The notes under the pieces: generated by a model
The model's database searches: none
What the model was told of the DNA's origin: nothing
Seen by the model: only the letters and a program-made list of their open reading frames with translations
Part shown: piece after piece, positions 46,684-56,411 of the stretch
How the letters are laid out: each line of letters starts with the position of its first letter
Numbering within the stretch: the stretch's first letter is position 1
Assembly (NCBI GenBank): GCA_041658985.1
Contig: JBAZZC010000001.1
Location: 65,813 to 129,812 of the forward strand
Direction: 5' to 3'
DNA length: 64,000 nucleotides
DNA from: Minisyncoccota bacterium
GTDB lineage: Bacteria > Patescibacteriota > Minisyncoccia > Phycocordibacterales > DATDWN01
Program-made: the position numbers and the translations under genes

Positions 46684-46780
46684 AAAACCGGTATAAAGTA
46701 TTACGTATAATGTATGAGAAGCAGAAATAATCTTACTATCTATCCTTTATACCTTATACATTATACGTTATACTAGTACT

Positions 46781-47419
46781 ATGGTAGTTTCTTCAAAAGC
46801 AACACAAGAGTTTGTTCCAATAAAAGAGGTGCGTGATGGCATCCTTGTTTTGAAAGATGGCTCAATGCGAGGAGTTGTTTTAGCATCTTCTTTAAACTTT
46901 TCTCTTAAATCAGACGACGAACGAAATGCTATTTTGATGCAATTTCAGAATTTTCTTAATTCCTTAGATTTTCCTGTACAAATCTCTATAGAGTCAAGAA
47001 GGTTAGATATAAGGCCATATATTGCACTTCTGGAGGAAAGGTACAAAGAACAAGTCAACGACCTGATGAAAATCCAAACTCAAGAATATATTGGGTTTGT
47101 TAAAAAGTTTACTGAAGACAACAACATCATGACAAAAAGTTTTTTTGTTATCGTATCATACGACCCAGCACTAATTAGTATCAAGGGAAGTGGACTGGGC
47201 AGACTACTAAAAAAGAAGACAACCGCAGAAGAACTGGAAAATAAACGGGTTAGTTTTGATGAAAACAGAACACAATTAGAACAACGTGTGTCTGTGGTAG
47301 AACAAGGTCTTTCCCAGTGTGGAATACGAGTAATACGATTAAAAACAGAAGAGGTGATAGAATTATTTTATAAAATATTTAATCCAGGAGACACAGAAAA
47401 ACCAATTAAAGTAAATTAA
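46781..47419 (+). CDS. VirB4 N-terminal-domain-like protein (split VirB4, part 1)
   Basis: EFVPIKEVRDGILVLKDGSMRGVVLASSLNFSLKSDDERNAIL resembles the N-terminal region of VirB4/TrbE ATPases; directly precedes ATPase gene. Confidence 0.45.
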   Translation: MVVSSKATQEFVPIKEVRDGILVLKDGSMRGVVLASSLNFSLKSDDERNAILMQFQNFLNSLDFPVQISIESRRLDIRPYIALLEERYKEQVNDLMKIQTQEYIGFVKKFTEDNNIMTKSFFVIVSYDPALISIKGSGLGRLLKKKTTAEELENKRVSFDENRTQLEQRVSVVEQGLSQCGIRVIRLKTEEVIELFYKIFNPGDTEKPIKVN

Positions 47420-47423
47420 TTTT

Positions 47424-49235
47424 ATGGGAATACTTGATTTTTTAAAACCCAAGAAAACCGAACCAGAAATATCTACCATTCTCCCTCAAGAGATATATGA
47501 TTCTAATTCGCTAGAATTGAAAGACATTATCGCTCCCAGTGCTCTTAAAATAACTCCGAAGGAAATCAATTTGGGAGAAAAAGTCTTACGAAGTTTTTTT
47601 GTTATATCTTACCCGCGATACTTGGGAGAGAACTGGTTTGCTCCGATTATCAACCTAGACAAAGTTTTTGACGTTGCGATTTTTATATCACCGATTGAAA
47701 CTTCCCAGGTTCTTCGAACCTTTCAAAAAAAAGTGGCGGAGGTACAAAGCCAAATCAACACCCGAGAATCAAAGGGGTTGGTTAGAAACCCAATGCTTGA
47801 CACGGCCTATCAAGACCTAGAAAACCTGCGAGACCAACTCCAACAAGCACAGGAAAAACTCTTTGATGTTGGTCTCTACATCACCATATACGCCGAATCA
47901 AGCGCCGAACTTGATAAAATTGAGTCGGAAATCAAGTCAATACTAGAATCCAAAATGGTTTACGTTAAACCAGCTCTATTTCAACAAGAACAAGGGTTTA
48001 AAACAACTATTCCTCTTGGAACAGATGAATTAAAGGTTTATAGTAAGCTAAATTCATCTCCACTCTCATCTCTTTTTCCTTTTGTTTCGTTTGACCTGAC
48101 ATCAGACCGCGGAATATTGTACGGAATAAACAGGCATAACTCCTCCTTAATCTTATTTGATAGATTTAGTCTAGAAAACTATAATTCAATCACTTTTGCA
48201 AAGTCAGGTTCTGGAAAATCGTTTATGACTAAACTGGAAATCTTACGTACTTTAATGTTTGATTCCGACGTTATTGTGATTGACCCAGAAAAAGAATACG
48301 AGTACTTGGCAGAAGCGACAGGGGGCAGATATTTCAACATTTCTTTAAACTCGGAACACCATATAAATCCATTTGAATTAGCCCCTCCAGGTGAAGGTGA
48401 GTCTTTTGCAAACGTTCTTCGTCAAAATACTATTAATCTTGTCGGTCTGTTTCGTATCATGATGGGTGGGCTAAGCCAAGAAGAAGATGCTATTATTGAC
48501 CGAGCTATTTCAGAAACCTATGCCCTGAAAGACATCACCGCTGATTCTAATTTTGAAAATGTTGAACCTCCACTTATGTCTGATTTTGAGCTTGTTCTCT
48601 CTGGTATGGAGGGGGGAGATTCGTTGGCCCAGCGACTGACAAAATATACTCGTGGAACATGGTCCGGCTTTATAAACAGACCAAGTAATGTTGACATAAA
48701 CCAAAAGTTCATTGTTTTTTCTTTACGAGACATGGAGGATGAACTAAAACCAGTTGCAATGTATATCGTCACACACTATATATGGAACATGATTAGAAAA
48801 AAACTAAAAAAACGCCTCTTAGTAATTGACGAGGCTTGGTGGATGATGAAGTCCCCCGACACCGCTTCGTTTTTACTCTCTATGGCAAAAAGAGGGCGAA
48901 AATATTTTTTGGGTTTGGCTACAATTACCCAAGATGTTGATGATTTTATGAAATCAGAATATGGTGCTTCCATTATACGCAACTCTTCCATCCAAATACT
49001 TCTCAAACAATCACCTTCGTCAGTAGACCAGCTCCAAGAGGTTTTTAAACTCACAGATGAAGAAAAATACCTACTACTTGAATCTGATGTTGGCGAGGGG
49101 ATTTTCTTTGCTGGACTAAAACATGTGGCGATAAAAATCAAGGCATCCTACACAGAGGAGCAAATAATTACATCCGACCCATCACAAGTCTTGGCCATCA
49201 AAGCTGCAAGAAGAGAGTTGGAACAAAGTAGTTAA
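47424..49235 (+). CDS. virB4: VirB4/TraC-family type IV secretion ATPase (part 2, ATPase domain)
   Basis: Walker A FAKSGSGKSF, Walker B LLVIDEAWWMM, VirB4-like C-terminal motifs. Confidence 0.8.
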   Translation: MGILDFLKPKKTEPEISTILPQEIYDSNSLELKDIIAPSALKITPKEINLGEKVLRSFFVISYPRYLGENWFAPIINLDKVFDVAIFISPIETSQVLRTFQKKVAEVQSQINTRESKGLVRNPMLDTAYQDLENLRDQLQQAQEKLFDVGLYITIYAESSAELDKIESEIKSILESKMVYVKPALFQQEQGFKTTIPLGTDELKVYSKLNSSPLSSLFPFVSFDLTSDRGILYGINRHNSSLILFDRFSLENYNSITFAKSGSGKSFMTKLEILRTLMFDSDVIVIDPEKEYEYLAEATGGRYFNISLNSEHHINPFELAPPGEGESFANVLRQNTINLVGLFRIMMGGLSQEEDAIIDRAISETYALKDITADSNFENVEPPLMSDFELVLSGMEGGDSLAQRLTKYTRGTWSGFINRPSNVDINQKFIVFSLRDMEDELKPVAMYIVTHYIWNMIRKKLKKRLLVIDEAWWMMKSPDTASFLLSMAKRGRKYFLGLATITQDVDDFMKSEYGASIIRNSSIQILLKQSPSSVDQLQEVFKLTDEEKYLLLESDVGEGIFFAGLKHVAIKIKASYTEEQIITSDPSQVLAIKAARRELEQSS

Positions 49236-49262
49236 TGGTAGCAAACAAACAAAAATAAGACC

Positions 49263-49961
49263 GTGAAAGAAACTACCAAAATAAATAGTTTACAAAATAT
49301 TCAAGACGGCTTTGAAAATGTTCCTGTTGTTAAAAATTTTAATGACATCCATCATGAAGTAAAAGAATCAAAAACAACAATAAAAGAGAGTGCTAAAATG
49401 ATAAAAAGTGAAACATCTCAGCAAATATTAGGTGGTATTCGTAGTGAAGGAACAAAGATTAAGAATAAACTCGAAACCTCTAGTGGAATACCCCTAACAG
49501 AAATTCAAGATAAATTTACTAAAGTTGGTCGTTTGATGAAAGACTCGGCGGCAAGATTTGAAAAAAGAAACAGGGTTACAGAAATAACTATTGTACTGAT
49601 GATTATGGTGGCTTTGTTTTATGATCTACTTCAGTTTCTTCTTGATTTGATACCTTTTGTTGGATGGATACTTTCTGGCCTTATTGGTATCTTTTCTTGG
49701 CTTACTTTTTATACTTGGACATCAATAAAAGGATGGGGTATGTCTGATTCTATTAAAAAGATTATAGTATCAAAAATTCTCCCGGCCATTGGTTGTGTGG
49801 GGGTCTTAAATATCGGACCAGAAATAACTGCCGGTGTTATTTTTACCATATTAATAGTTAAGGGGGAGGATGTTCTTTATAATAAATCTAAAGGTAGATT
49901 GGACAAAGAAGTATTGATTGAGGGCTCTAAGACATTGAATTATTTAAAGAAGTTGGTCTAA
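49263..49961 (+). CDS. membrane protein, hypothetical (T4SS-like cluster)
   Basis: soluble N-half, C-half with 3 TM helices. Confidence 0.45.
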   Translation: MKETTKINSLQNIQDGFENVPVVKNFNDIHHEVKESKTTIKESAKMIKSETSQQILGGIRSEGTKIKNKLETSSGIPLTEIQDKFTKVGRLMKDSAARFEKRNRVTEITIVLMIMVALFYDLLQFLLDLIPFVGWILSGLIGIFSWLTFYTWTSIKGWGMSDSIKKIIVSKILPAIGCVGVLNIGPEITAGVIFTILIVKGEDVLYNKSKGRLDKEVLIEGSKTLNYLKKLV

Positions 49962-49976
49962 TAAACAATTTTTATT

Positions 49977-51029
49977 GTGTATAAATACGTAGTGAAAGAC
50001 TGTTTGTGTGTTACAATAAAGTCAATGAGGCTATCTGTTTTTATTTTATCGTTTCTTTGTATCTTTGGGTTTTTTGGTGTTGCAAATGCACAGCTTGGTT
50101 TACCACAAACAGGAGTAAATGTTGAATTAGTTCCAGAAAATCCAGGACCAAACGAGACGGTTTATGTTTCCCTTGTAAGTTATGCAACAAATATAAACTC
50201 CGCAAATATCACATGGAAAGTGAACAGCAAAACGCAAAAATCAGGAATGGGAGAAAAAACATTTAGTTTTACCACCGGGGAAATAAACACAACCACCACA
50301 TTAGAAATTGTAATAGAAACACAGGAGGGGGAAACTATAGAAAAAACGTTTAGAATAAAACCGGTTGGTGTTGATTTGATTTGGGAAAGTGAGGGTTTTA
50401 TGCCGCCTTTTTACAAAGGTAAATCTCTCTTTAGTCACCAAAACAAGATAACCGTAATAGCTCTACCACACATAACATCTGCTGATGGAACACAAATTGG
50501 AGCTAAAAACTTAATTTATACATGGAAAAAAAATGGTTCAACAATAGAAAGTGTTTCAGGTTTTGGTAAAAACATTTATTCTTTTGTTTCTTCTTTAATT
50601 TCAAGACCTTTTGAAATAAGCGTAGAGGTTACAACCACTGATAACTCCGGGGTTGGCTATGCAACTTTAAACCTTGCTCCATCAGAGCCTCTTATTGTTT
50701 TTTATAAAAAGAATCCAATATACGGTATAGAATTTCAAAAGGCTCTTTCTGGGGCAGAAGAACTCAAAAATTCAAAAGAGATAACCGTAGTCGGTGTTCC
50801 TTTGTTTTTTGGAATAACAAATTTAAACTCGAATGACTTGTCATTTAAATGGTTTGTTAACGGTTCCCCAATAAATAATGACCCAACACAGTCAATACAG
50901 GTTTTCAGACAACAAGAGGGAACGAGTGGTATATCAAACATTTCACTTTCAATAGAAAATAGTAAAAAAATACTGCAGTATGCTTCAAGTAATTTTAATT
51001 TAATATTCGGTGAAAATAGTAGCCAGTAG
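49977..51029 (+). CDS. secreted hypothetical protein (T4SS-like cluster)
   Basis: signal peptide MRLSVFILSFLCIFGFFGVANA; beta-rich. Confidence 0.5.
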   Translation: MYKYVVKDCLCVTIKSMRLSVFILSFLCIFGFFGVANAQLGLPQTGVNVELVPENPGPNETVYVSLVSYATNINSANITWKVNSKTQKSGMGEKTFSFTTGEINTTTTLEIVIETQEGETIEKTFRIKPVGVDLIWESEGFMPPFYKGKSLFSHQNKITVIALPHITSADGTQIGAKNLIYTWKKNGSTIESVSGFGKNIYSFVSSLISRPFEISVEVTTTDNSGVGYATLNLAPSEPLIVFYKKNPIYGIEFQKALSGAEELKNSKEITVVGVPLFFGITNLNSNDLSFKWFVNGSPINNDPTQSIQVFRQQEGTSGISNISLSIENSKKILQYASSNFNLIFGENSSQ

Positions 51030-51063
51030 CCAGTAGCTAGGAGCTAGGAAAATGTAAAGAATT

Positions 51064-51906
51064 ATGAAAACAAAACTTCAAAAAATAATCCTCTCAACAA
51101 TCATAGTAGTTATGTTGTTTTCTGGTTTTACAGTAGCACATGCTATAAATGACTACACTATTATTGCTCCGCTCCCAAAAATAAGTGGCCCTATGAAACT
51201 AGGGGATTATCTTCCCGCCGCTTTTAACTTATCTATAGGCATAGCCGCCGCTTTGGCTTTTCTTGTAATTACTTGGGGAGGTATTACTTATGCTACGTCA
51301 GATGCTATTTCAGGAAAACAACAAGGCAAAGAGTGGATAACAAACGCTATTTGGGGATTGGTCTTGGTTATTGGAGCATGGATAATCTTATCCACAATAA
51401 ATCCACAAATTCTCAGGCTTGATTTGATTCTCAAAAACCCATCAGTAAAAACCGGAGAGACCTTAATAAATGACGGAGTACCTCTAAATAAAGAGCAGTT
51501 GGCTAACGATACTGCTATTAGAAACAGTTTAAATGGGGTTATTAACGTAAACTCCCCTGCCTGTGTAACTGGGGCCACGCGAGGGTGTACAAACGTAAAC
51601 GGTCTTCCTGGTAATGCTATTACGGGACTGGTTAGTTTAAATAGTGATTGTGGTTGTAATATCACAATAACAGGAGGAACGGAGGGTGGACATAAAACTC
51701 ATGGGGTCGGTAAGCCTATAGTTGACCTAAGACCAGACGTCTACCTAAATAAATATCTCACTGGAAGCACAGACTTACCACAAGACGGAACATCTAAAAT
51801 TGTAAATCTTCCAAACGGACAACGAGCCTCATTTACCTATGAAGCCTTAGGGGGTAACACTGGTGGAACATCAACAGGAAAACACTGGCATGTAGTAATT
51901 GAATAA
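51064..51906 (+). CDS. pilin-like (TrbC/VirB2-like) protein with C-terminal extension
   Basis: signal peptide ending AHA, two hydrophobic helices (LSIGIAAALAFLVITWGGITYA; AIWGLVLVIGAWIILSTI) typical of VirB2 pilins, then ~150-aa extra domain. Confidence 0.4.
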   Translation: MKTKLQKIILSTIIVVMLFSGFTVAHAINDYTIIAPLPKISGPMKLGDYLPAAFNLSIGIAAALAFLVITWGGITYATSDAISGKQQGKEWITNAIWGLVLVIGAWIILSTINPQILRLDLILKNPSVKTGETLINDGVPLNKEQLANDTAIRNSLNGVINVNSPACVTGATRGCTNVNGLPGNAITGLVSLNSDCGCNITITGGTEGGHKTHGVGKPIVDLRPDVYLNKYLTGSTDLPQDGTSKIVNLPNGQRASFTYEALGGNTGGTSTGKHWHVVIE

Positions 51907-51957
51907 TATGTCAAAAAAACTTTTTATTATTATAATATCTGTAGTCCTTGCTTTCTT

Positions 51958-53127
51958 TTGATTAGCCTCATTGGTTACTATTTTATTCTTCAGAGTAATC
52001 AAGGTGAGCCAGGTAGTGGTAGTAGTATTTTTCAAAACTTCTTTCCCTTCGGAGGAAACGCCTCCGTGGAAACACCGATTGTAGAGGAGCCTCCTGTAAC
52101 ACCACCGACAATAAACATCACAAACTACACACAAAAGCTACGTAAATTATCCACGGAGCCAGTAGCTGGAGCCGGAGTTTTAGATGTTAAAGCTGGAACA
52201 ATTGTTAGGTATATAGAAAGAGCAACGGGACACATTTTTGAAACAGAACTTTTTTCACCAAACCAAAACCGCATCTCAAACACCACCATACCTTTTGTCT
52301 ATGATGCCGTTTGGGGAAACAAAAACAATTCTCTTGTTGCTAGATATTTAAAAGATGACAATCAAACAATTGATACTTATGGGCTTTTAATCAAAGAAGT
52401 CGCCACTTCTACAGGAGGTGTTGTTTCGGCCATAAAATTTCCAGAAAACTTGAGTGATGTTTCTGTTTTTGGAAGCAGTGTTTTTTCTCTGGAGCAAAAA
52501 GCTGGTTCTTCGGTGGGATATGTTTCAAATTTTGATGGTAGTAAAAGAGTTCAGATATGGAATTCTCCCATCAAAGAACTTCTGTCTCAATATGTTAATA
52601 CAAAGACGGTTGCCCTAACAACAAAACCCCATCAAGAGGTGAAAGGATTTTTGTTTTTTGTGGACACAGGAAACGCCCAGATTAAAACAATCCTTGGAAA
52701 TATTTTAGGACTTTCCACTTTAGTGAATGACTTAGCCACACAAGTTCTCTATCTTGACCAAGAGGACACACCTAAAATGTTTGTGTTTGATACAAAAAAC
52801 AAATCATCCGTTACTGTCACCCCAACAACATTTCCAGAAAAATGTGTTTGGAGTAAAAAAGATAGAAATGTTTTTTATTGCGCCGTACCAGAAAGACTTG
52901 TTGATAGAGAGAGTTTGACCTCTTGGTATAGAGGGTCTCTCTCTTTAGCGGACAACCTTTGGAAATATGACGTAAAAAACAATACCTCTAGTATGATTAA
53001 GGGTTTGTTTACTGAAAGTGGTGAGCAAATTGATGTTATAAAACCAATTTTATCGGAAAACGAGCAATACCTGATTTTTATAAACAAGAGAGACAACTCT
53101 TTATGGAGTTTAGACCTAACAAAATAA
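51958..53127 (+). CDS. membrane-anchored hypothetical protein (last gene of T4SS-like cluster)
   Basis: N-terminal TM; beta-rich ectodomain. Confidence 0.5.
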   Translation: MISLIGYYFILQSNQGEPGSGSSIFQNFFPFGGNASVETPIVEEPPVTPPTINITNYTQKLRKLSTEPVAGAGVLDVKAGTIVRYIERATGHIFETELFSPNQNRISNTTIPFVYDAVWGNKNNSLVARYLKDDNQTIDTYGLLIKEVATSTGGVVSAIKFPENLSDVSVFGSSVFSLEQKAGSSVGYVSNFDGSKRVQIWNSPIKELLSQYVNTKTVALTTKPHQEVKGFLFFVDTGNAQIKTILGNILGLSTLVNDLATQVLYLDQEDTPKMFVFDTKNKSSVTVTPTTFPEKCVWSKKDRNVFYCAVPERLVDRESLTSWYRGSLSLADNLWKYDVKNNTSSMIKGLFTESGEQIDVIKPILSENEQYLIFINKRDNSLWSLDLTK

Positions 53128-53140
53128 TTTTCAATTTTTT

Positions 53141-53863
53141 CTATACTACCGTAATATCTTTGTGATATTTCTTTTTAATATATATCTCCTGAACAATAGC
53201 AAAAACATTACTTGTAATAAAATATATAGCAATGGCTCCTGATATTGTATAAGCAATAAAAGTCATCAGTATCGGAAAAAAATATTTCATTTGTACGGCC
53301 ATGGCCTTGGCAATATCTCCTTGTGTTCCTGTTGTTTGTGTATTAGTGCCAGTTGTGTGACTTATCTGAAAGTAGGTTGTAATTCCCGCCAAAAGAGCCA
53401 AAATCATACTTTTCTCAGAGATGTTTATAAGACCGAGAAACATCATGTTTATAGCAATCGGCCCGCCAATAAACGAGTAGAGTAAAGCCGTGTTTATTTT
53501 AGGAAGACCAGATTTAATAAAGACTTGATATAAACCAATTAGAATGGGCAATTGAATTAATAGAACAAAAATCCCTGCAAACGGGTTAATACCTCGTTCC
53601 TTGTAATACTCCATTATTTTTTTTGACTGTTCGCTTTTGTCGTTTTTGTATTTTTCTTTTATTTGTTGTAAATCTTTTTCTGTACTTTTCATCTCTATTT
53701 GAGCCTTTGATGCTTTGATTGAGAGGGGAAGAATGATTATTTTTATGATAATTGTAAAGATAACAATTATGACTCCAGCATCAAAAAAAGGGAAAAGGTT
53801 CATCAAAAAAATAAATCCGTTATAAAACGGTTGAAATATAATTGTGTTGTATAGATAGGACAT
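53141..53863 (-). CDS. yidC: membrane protein insertase YidC (short form)
   Basis: FYNGFIFLMNLFP, 5 TM helices, INPFAGIFVLLIQLPILIGLYQVF; synteny with rnpA/rpmH. Confidence 0.88.
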   Translation of the reverse strand: MSYLYNTIIFQPFYNGFIFLMNLFPFFDAGVIIVIFTIIIKIIILPLSIKASKAQIEMKSTEKDLQQIKEKYKNDKSEQSKKIMEYYKERGINPFAGIFVLLIQLPILIGLYQVFIKSGLPKINTALLYSFIGGPIAINMMFLGLINISEKSMILALLAGITTYFQISHTTGTNTQTTGTQGDIAKAMAVQMKYFFPILMTFIAYTISGAIAIYFITSNVFAIVQEIYIKKKYHKDITVV

Positions 53864-53870
53864 GAAGATG

Positions 53871-53960
53871 GTTATAAAGTTTATAAGGTAAAAAGTTTAT
53901 AAAGTTTAGGGTTGTTTGTGTTTATTTTATGAACTTTATAGACTTTATGAACTTTCAACT
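53871..53960. repeat. AT-rich inverted-repeat module R1 (arms of tandem 9-bp units AGTYTATAAAG / CTTTATRRACT)
   Basis: gttataaagtttataaggtaaaaagtttataaagttt ... ttttatgaactttatagactttatgaactttc; related modules at 54325-54413, 54561-54647, 57515-57597. Confidence 0.7.
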
Positions 53961-54307
53961 TATGATAACACACCAGACATAGAAAGTAACTCTGTAACAT
54001 CTTTCTCTAGTGTAGAAAAGGTGAGAAGTTCTGGTGTTTTTTTAAAAGAAAAAAGACAAAAGTAACCTGGTTTTATTTTTTTTAGATTTTTTAAAATTAT
54101 AGAATATCCTCTTCTTCTGTATTTGTTTCTGTCTACTGCTTTTTGACACACCTTCTTTGACACAGAAAAGGAAAACTTGCTGTCTGAAGCCCCGCCAGAG
54201 GAAATTGGCGCCACACACAAAACTAAGTTGGGGGAGTGAAATCGCCTCCCATTTTTAAGAATATTAGCAAATTCTTTTCTTAATATTCTCCTTCTTTTTG
54301 GGAGCAT
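53960..54307 (-). CDS. rnpA: ribonuclease P protein component
   Basis: basic 115-aa protein RRRILRKEFANILKNGRRFHSPNLVLCV...; between rpmH and yidC. Confidence 0.8.
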   Translation of the reverse strand: MLPKRRRILRKEFANILKNGRRFHSPNLVLCVAPISSGGASDSKFSFSVSKKVCQKAVDRNKYRRRGYSIILKNLKKIKPGYFCLFSFKKTPELLTFSTLEKDVTELLSMSGVLS

Positions 54308-54324
54308 AATTGAGTCAAAAGTTA

Positions 54325-54413
54325 AAAGTTTATAAAGTCTATAAAGAAAATCATTAAATTAGGTCATTTTTGACTACATTTTCAACCTTATGGACTTTAT
54401 GGACTTTCGACTT
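54325..54413. repeat. AT-rich inverted-repeat module R2
   Basis: aaaagtttataaagtctataaag ... ccttatggactttatggactttcgactt. Confidence 0.7.
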
Positions 54414-54415
54414 GT

Positions 54416-54553
54416 CTAGACTGTACTCAGTTTAGCTCTTCCTTTTCGTCTTCGTCTCAAAATGGTATTTCTGCCAGTTTTTGACTTATTACGCACCAAA
54501 AATCCATGTGATTTGGCTCGTTTTCTCTTTTTTGGTTGATATGTTTTTGACAT
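54416..54553 (-). CDS. rpmH: 50S ribosomal protein L34
   Basis: rc translation [45 protein letters not shown] (45 aa) matches L34; not in the >=60-aa ORF track. Confidence 0.9.
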   Translation of the reverse strand: MSKTYQPKKRKRAKSHGFLVRNKSKTGRNTILRRRRKGRAKLSTV

Positions 54554-54560
54554 AATGAAT

Positions 54561-54647
54561 AGTTATAAAGTTTATAAAGTTAAAAGTCTATAAAGTCAAG
54601 GCTGTTTTGTACTTACTTTACGAACTTTATGGACTTTATGGACTTTC
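54561..54647. repeat. AT-rich inverted-repeat module R3 (in rpmH-dnaA divergent region)
   Basis: agttataaagtttataaagttaaaagtctataaagtc ... ctttacgaactttatggactttatggactttc. Confidence 0.7.
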
Positions 54648-54739
54648 TACTGTTGTACACAACTTATACACATATTATTAACACATTGGCCGTTTTTTAA
54701 CAAGTACTATATTTCCTTATTACCTATATAATAAGAAAC

Positions 54740-56083
54740 ATGTCGACAAACAACAAAAAACTTTGGGACGGTGTGTTGGTAGAAATGGAACTAAGTCTCT
54801 CTAAGCCGAATTTTAATACGTGGTTTAAGGATACTTTTATAATAAGACAGGAAGAAGGGGCTATATATCTCGGAGTTCCAAACACTTTTGTACAAGACTG
54901 GCTTGGAAGTAAGTTCCACAACACCATACTAAAGGCTCTGCGAACCATTTCTCCAAGTATTCAGGCTCTTCATTATGTGGTCTCAAAAGAAAACATTGAA
55001 GAAAAAATTATTGTTGAAAAAACCCCACAAATGAACAAGGAGTTGCCAATGGCGGATATATATATAAACAAAGACGACAACCTTAATCCACGTTATACAT
55101 TTGAATCTTTTGTTGTTGGTCCGTTTAATGAATTGGCCCATGCTGCTAGCCAAGCCATAATTAAAAAACCAGGAATTGTTTATAATCCGCTTTTTATTTA
55201 TGGAGGAACTGGTCATGGAAAAACACATCTTATTCAGGCCATAGGAAATTATATTAAAAACACTGGCAACAAAAAGGTTTTTTACACTACCTCGGAAAAA
55301 TTTGGCCAAGAATATATAAACGCCCTTCAACTCAATAAACCAAATTTTTTCAAAGAAAAATATAGAAAATATGACGTTTTAATTATGGACGACATTCAGT
55401 TTTTCTCGGGAAAAATGAAGATTCAGGAGGAGATTTTCCACCTTTTTAATCATTTATACGACAACAATAAACAAATTATCTTTTCCTCAGATAAACATCC
55501 AGGATTAATCCAAGATTTGGAGGACCGCCTTAAGTCACGCTTTAGTGCTGGAATGATTGTTGATATTCCTGCCCCAGACAATGAGTCGCGTGCAGCCATC
55601 ATAAGAACAAAGTCCTCTCTGTGCCCCTATGTCCTGTCCAAAGAAATTATTGATTATTTGGCCTATTCCGTCGTTGGAAACATCAGAGAGCTTGAGGGAA
55701 TTGTTAATTCTATCGCTTGCCAAACCCAACTCAAAAACCGCGAGCTGTCTCTCGTTGAAGTAAAAAATCTTGTAAAAAACAACACTAAACCAAAAAAACT
55801 TGTTTCATCAAAAGAAATAATAAAAACTGTTGCTGAATTTTATAACATTGAAGAACACTTGATTTACGACAAAACCCGAAAAAAGGAAATAATAAAACCA
55901 CGACAAATAATAATGTACCTTCTCCGTGAAGATTTTAATATTTCTTACCCCGCCATAGGAGAGAAGCTTGGGGGCAGAGACCATACAACAGTTATGCATT
56001 CTTGTGAAAAAATAAAAAATGATATGAAATTGGATGAAATGTTGCTACAGGAAATTAATCAGCTTCGCTCTATCTTTGTTTAA
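54740..56083 (+). CDS. dnaA: chromosomal replication initiator DnaA
   Basis: Walker A GGTGHGKTHL, DnaA box-binding C-terminal domain; followed by dnaN. Confidence 0.95.
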   Translation: MSTNNKKLWDGVLVEMELSLSKPNFNTWFKDTFIIRQEEGAIYLGVPNTFVQDWLGSKFHNTILKALRTISPSIQALHYVVSKENIEEKIIVEKTPQMNKELPMADIYINKDDNLNPRYTFESFVVGPFNELAHAASQAIIKKPGIVYNPLFIYGGTGHGKTHLIQAIGNYIKNTGNKKVFYTTSEKFGQEYINALQLNKPNFFKEKYRKYDVLIMDDIQFFSGKMKIQEEIFHLFNHLYDNNKQIIFSSDKHPGLIQDLEDRLKSRFSAGMIVDIPAPDNESRAAIIRTKSSLCPYVLSKEIIDYLAYSVVGNIRELEGIVNSIACQTQLKNRELSLVEVKNLVKNNTKPKKLVSSKEIIKTVAEFYNIEEHLIYDKTRKKEIIKPRQIIMYLLREDFNISYPAIGEKLGGRDHTTVMHSCEKIKNDMKLDEMLLQEINQLRSIFV

Positions 56084-56388
56084 ACTCGGGTGTATATTGT
56101 GTAGATAACAAGGGTAAAAGGTGTTGAGATGATGGTTATTTGAAAGGAGAAGTTAAAAATTAAATTTATTTATCCACAGTTTTAAAAAGTTTATTAACAT
56201 AACAAACACACAAAAGGTGGCTAAAAATAATAGTTTTGTAAGAATTTGTTGGTAAAAATGAGGGTATAATAGTAAAGTATTTAAAAAAATAAAAAATAAG
56301 GAAATGAATCCCGTTAGAAGTCTGCGAGGATTCAAACAACAGGAAAAGTTTATTAGAAAATTAATTTAAGTCGGGTCAAAAGGAAAAT
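56084..56388. other. putative oriC (dnaA-dnaN intergenic region) with DnaA boxes and AT-rich unwinding region
   Basis: perfect TTATCCACA at 56171-56179, variant tgtagataa at 56099-56107, long AT tracts. Confidence 0.45.
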
Positions 56389-56411
56389 ATGACCCCACTT
56401 CTAAACGGGAT
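56308..56411 (+). repeat. ~105-bp element with terminal inverted repeats ATCCCGTTAGAAGTC (copy B) overlapping dnaN start
   Basis: atcccgttagaagtc ... cacttctaaacgggat; dnaN ATG candidates at 56389 and 56410 both inside 3' arm. Confidence 0.7.
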
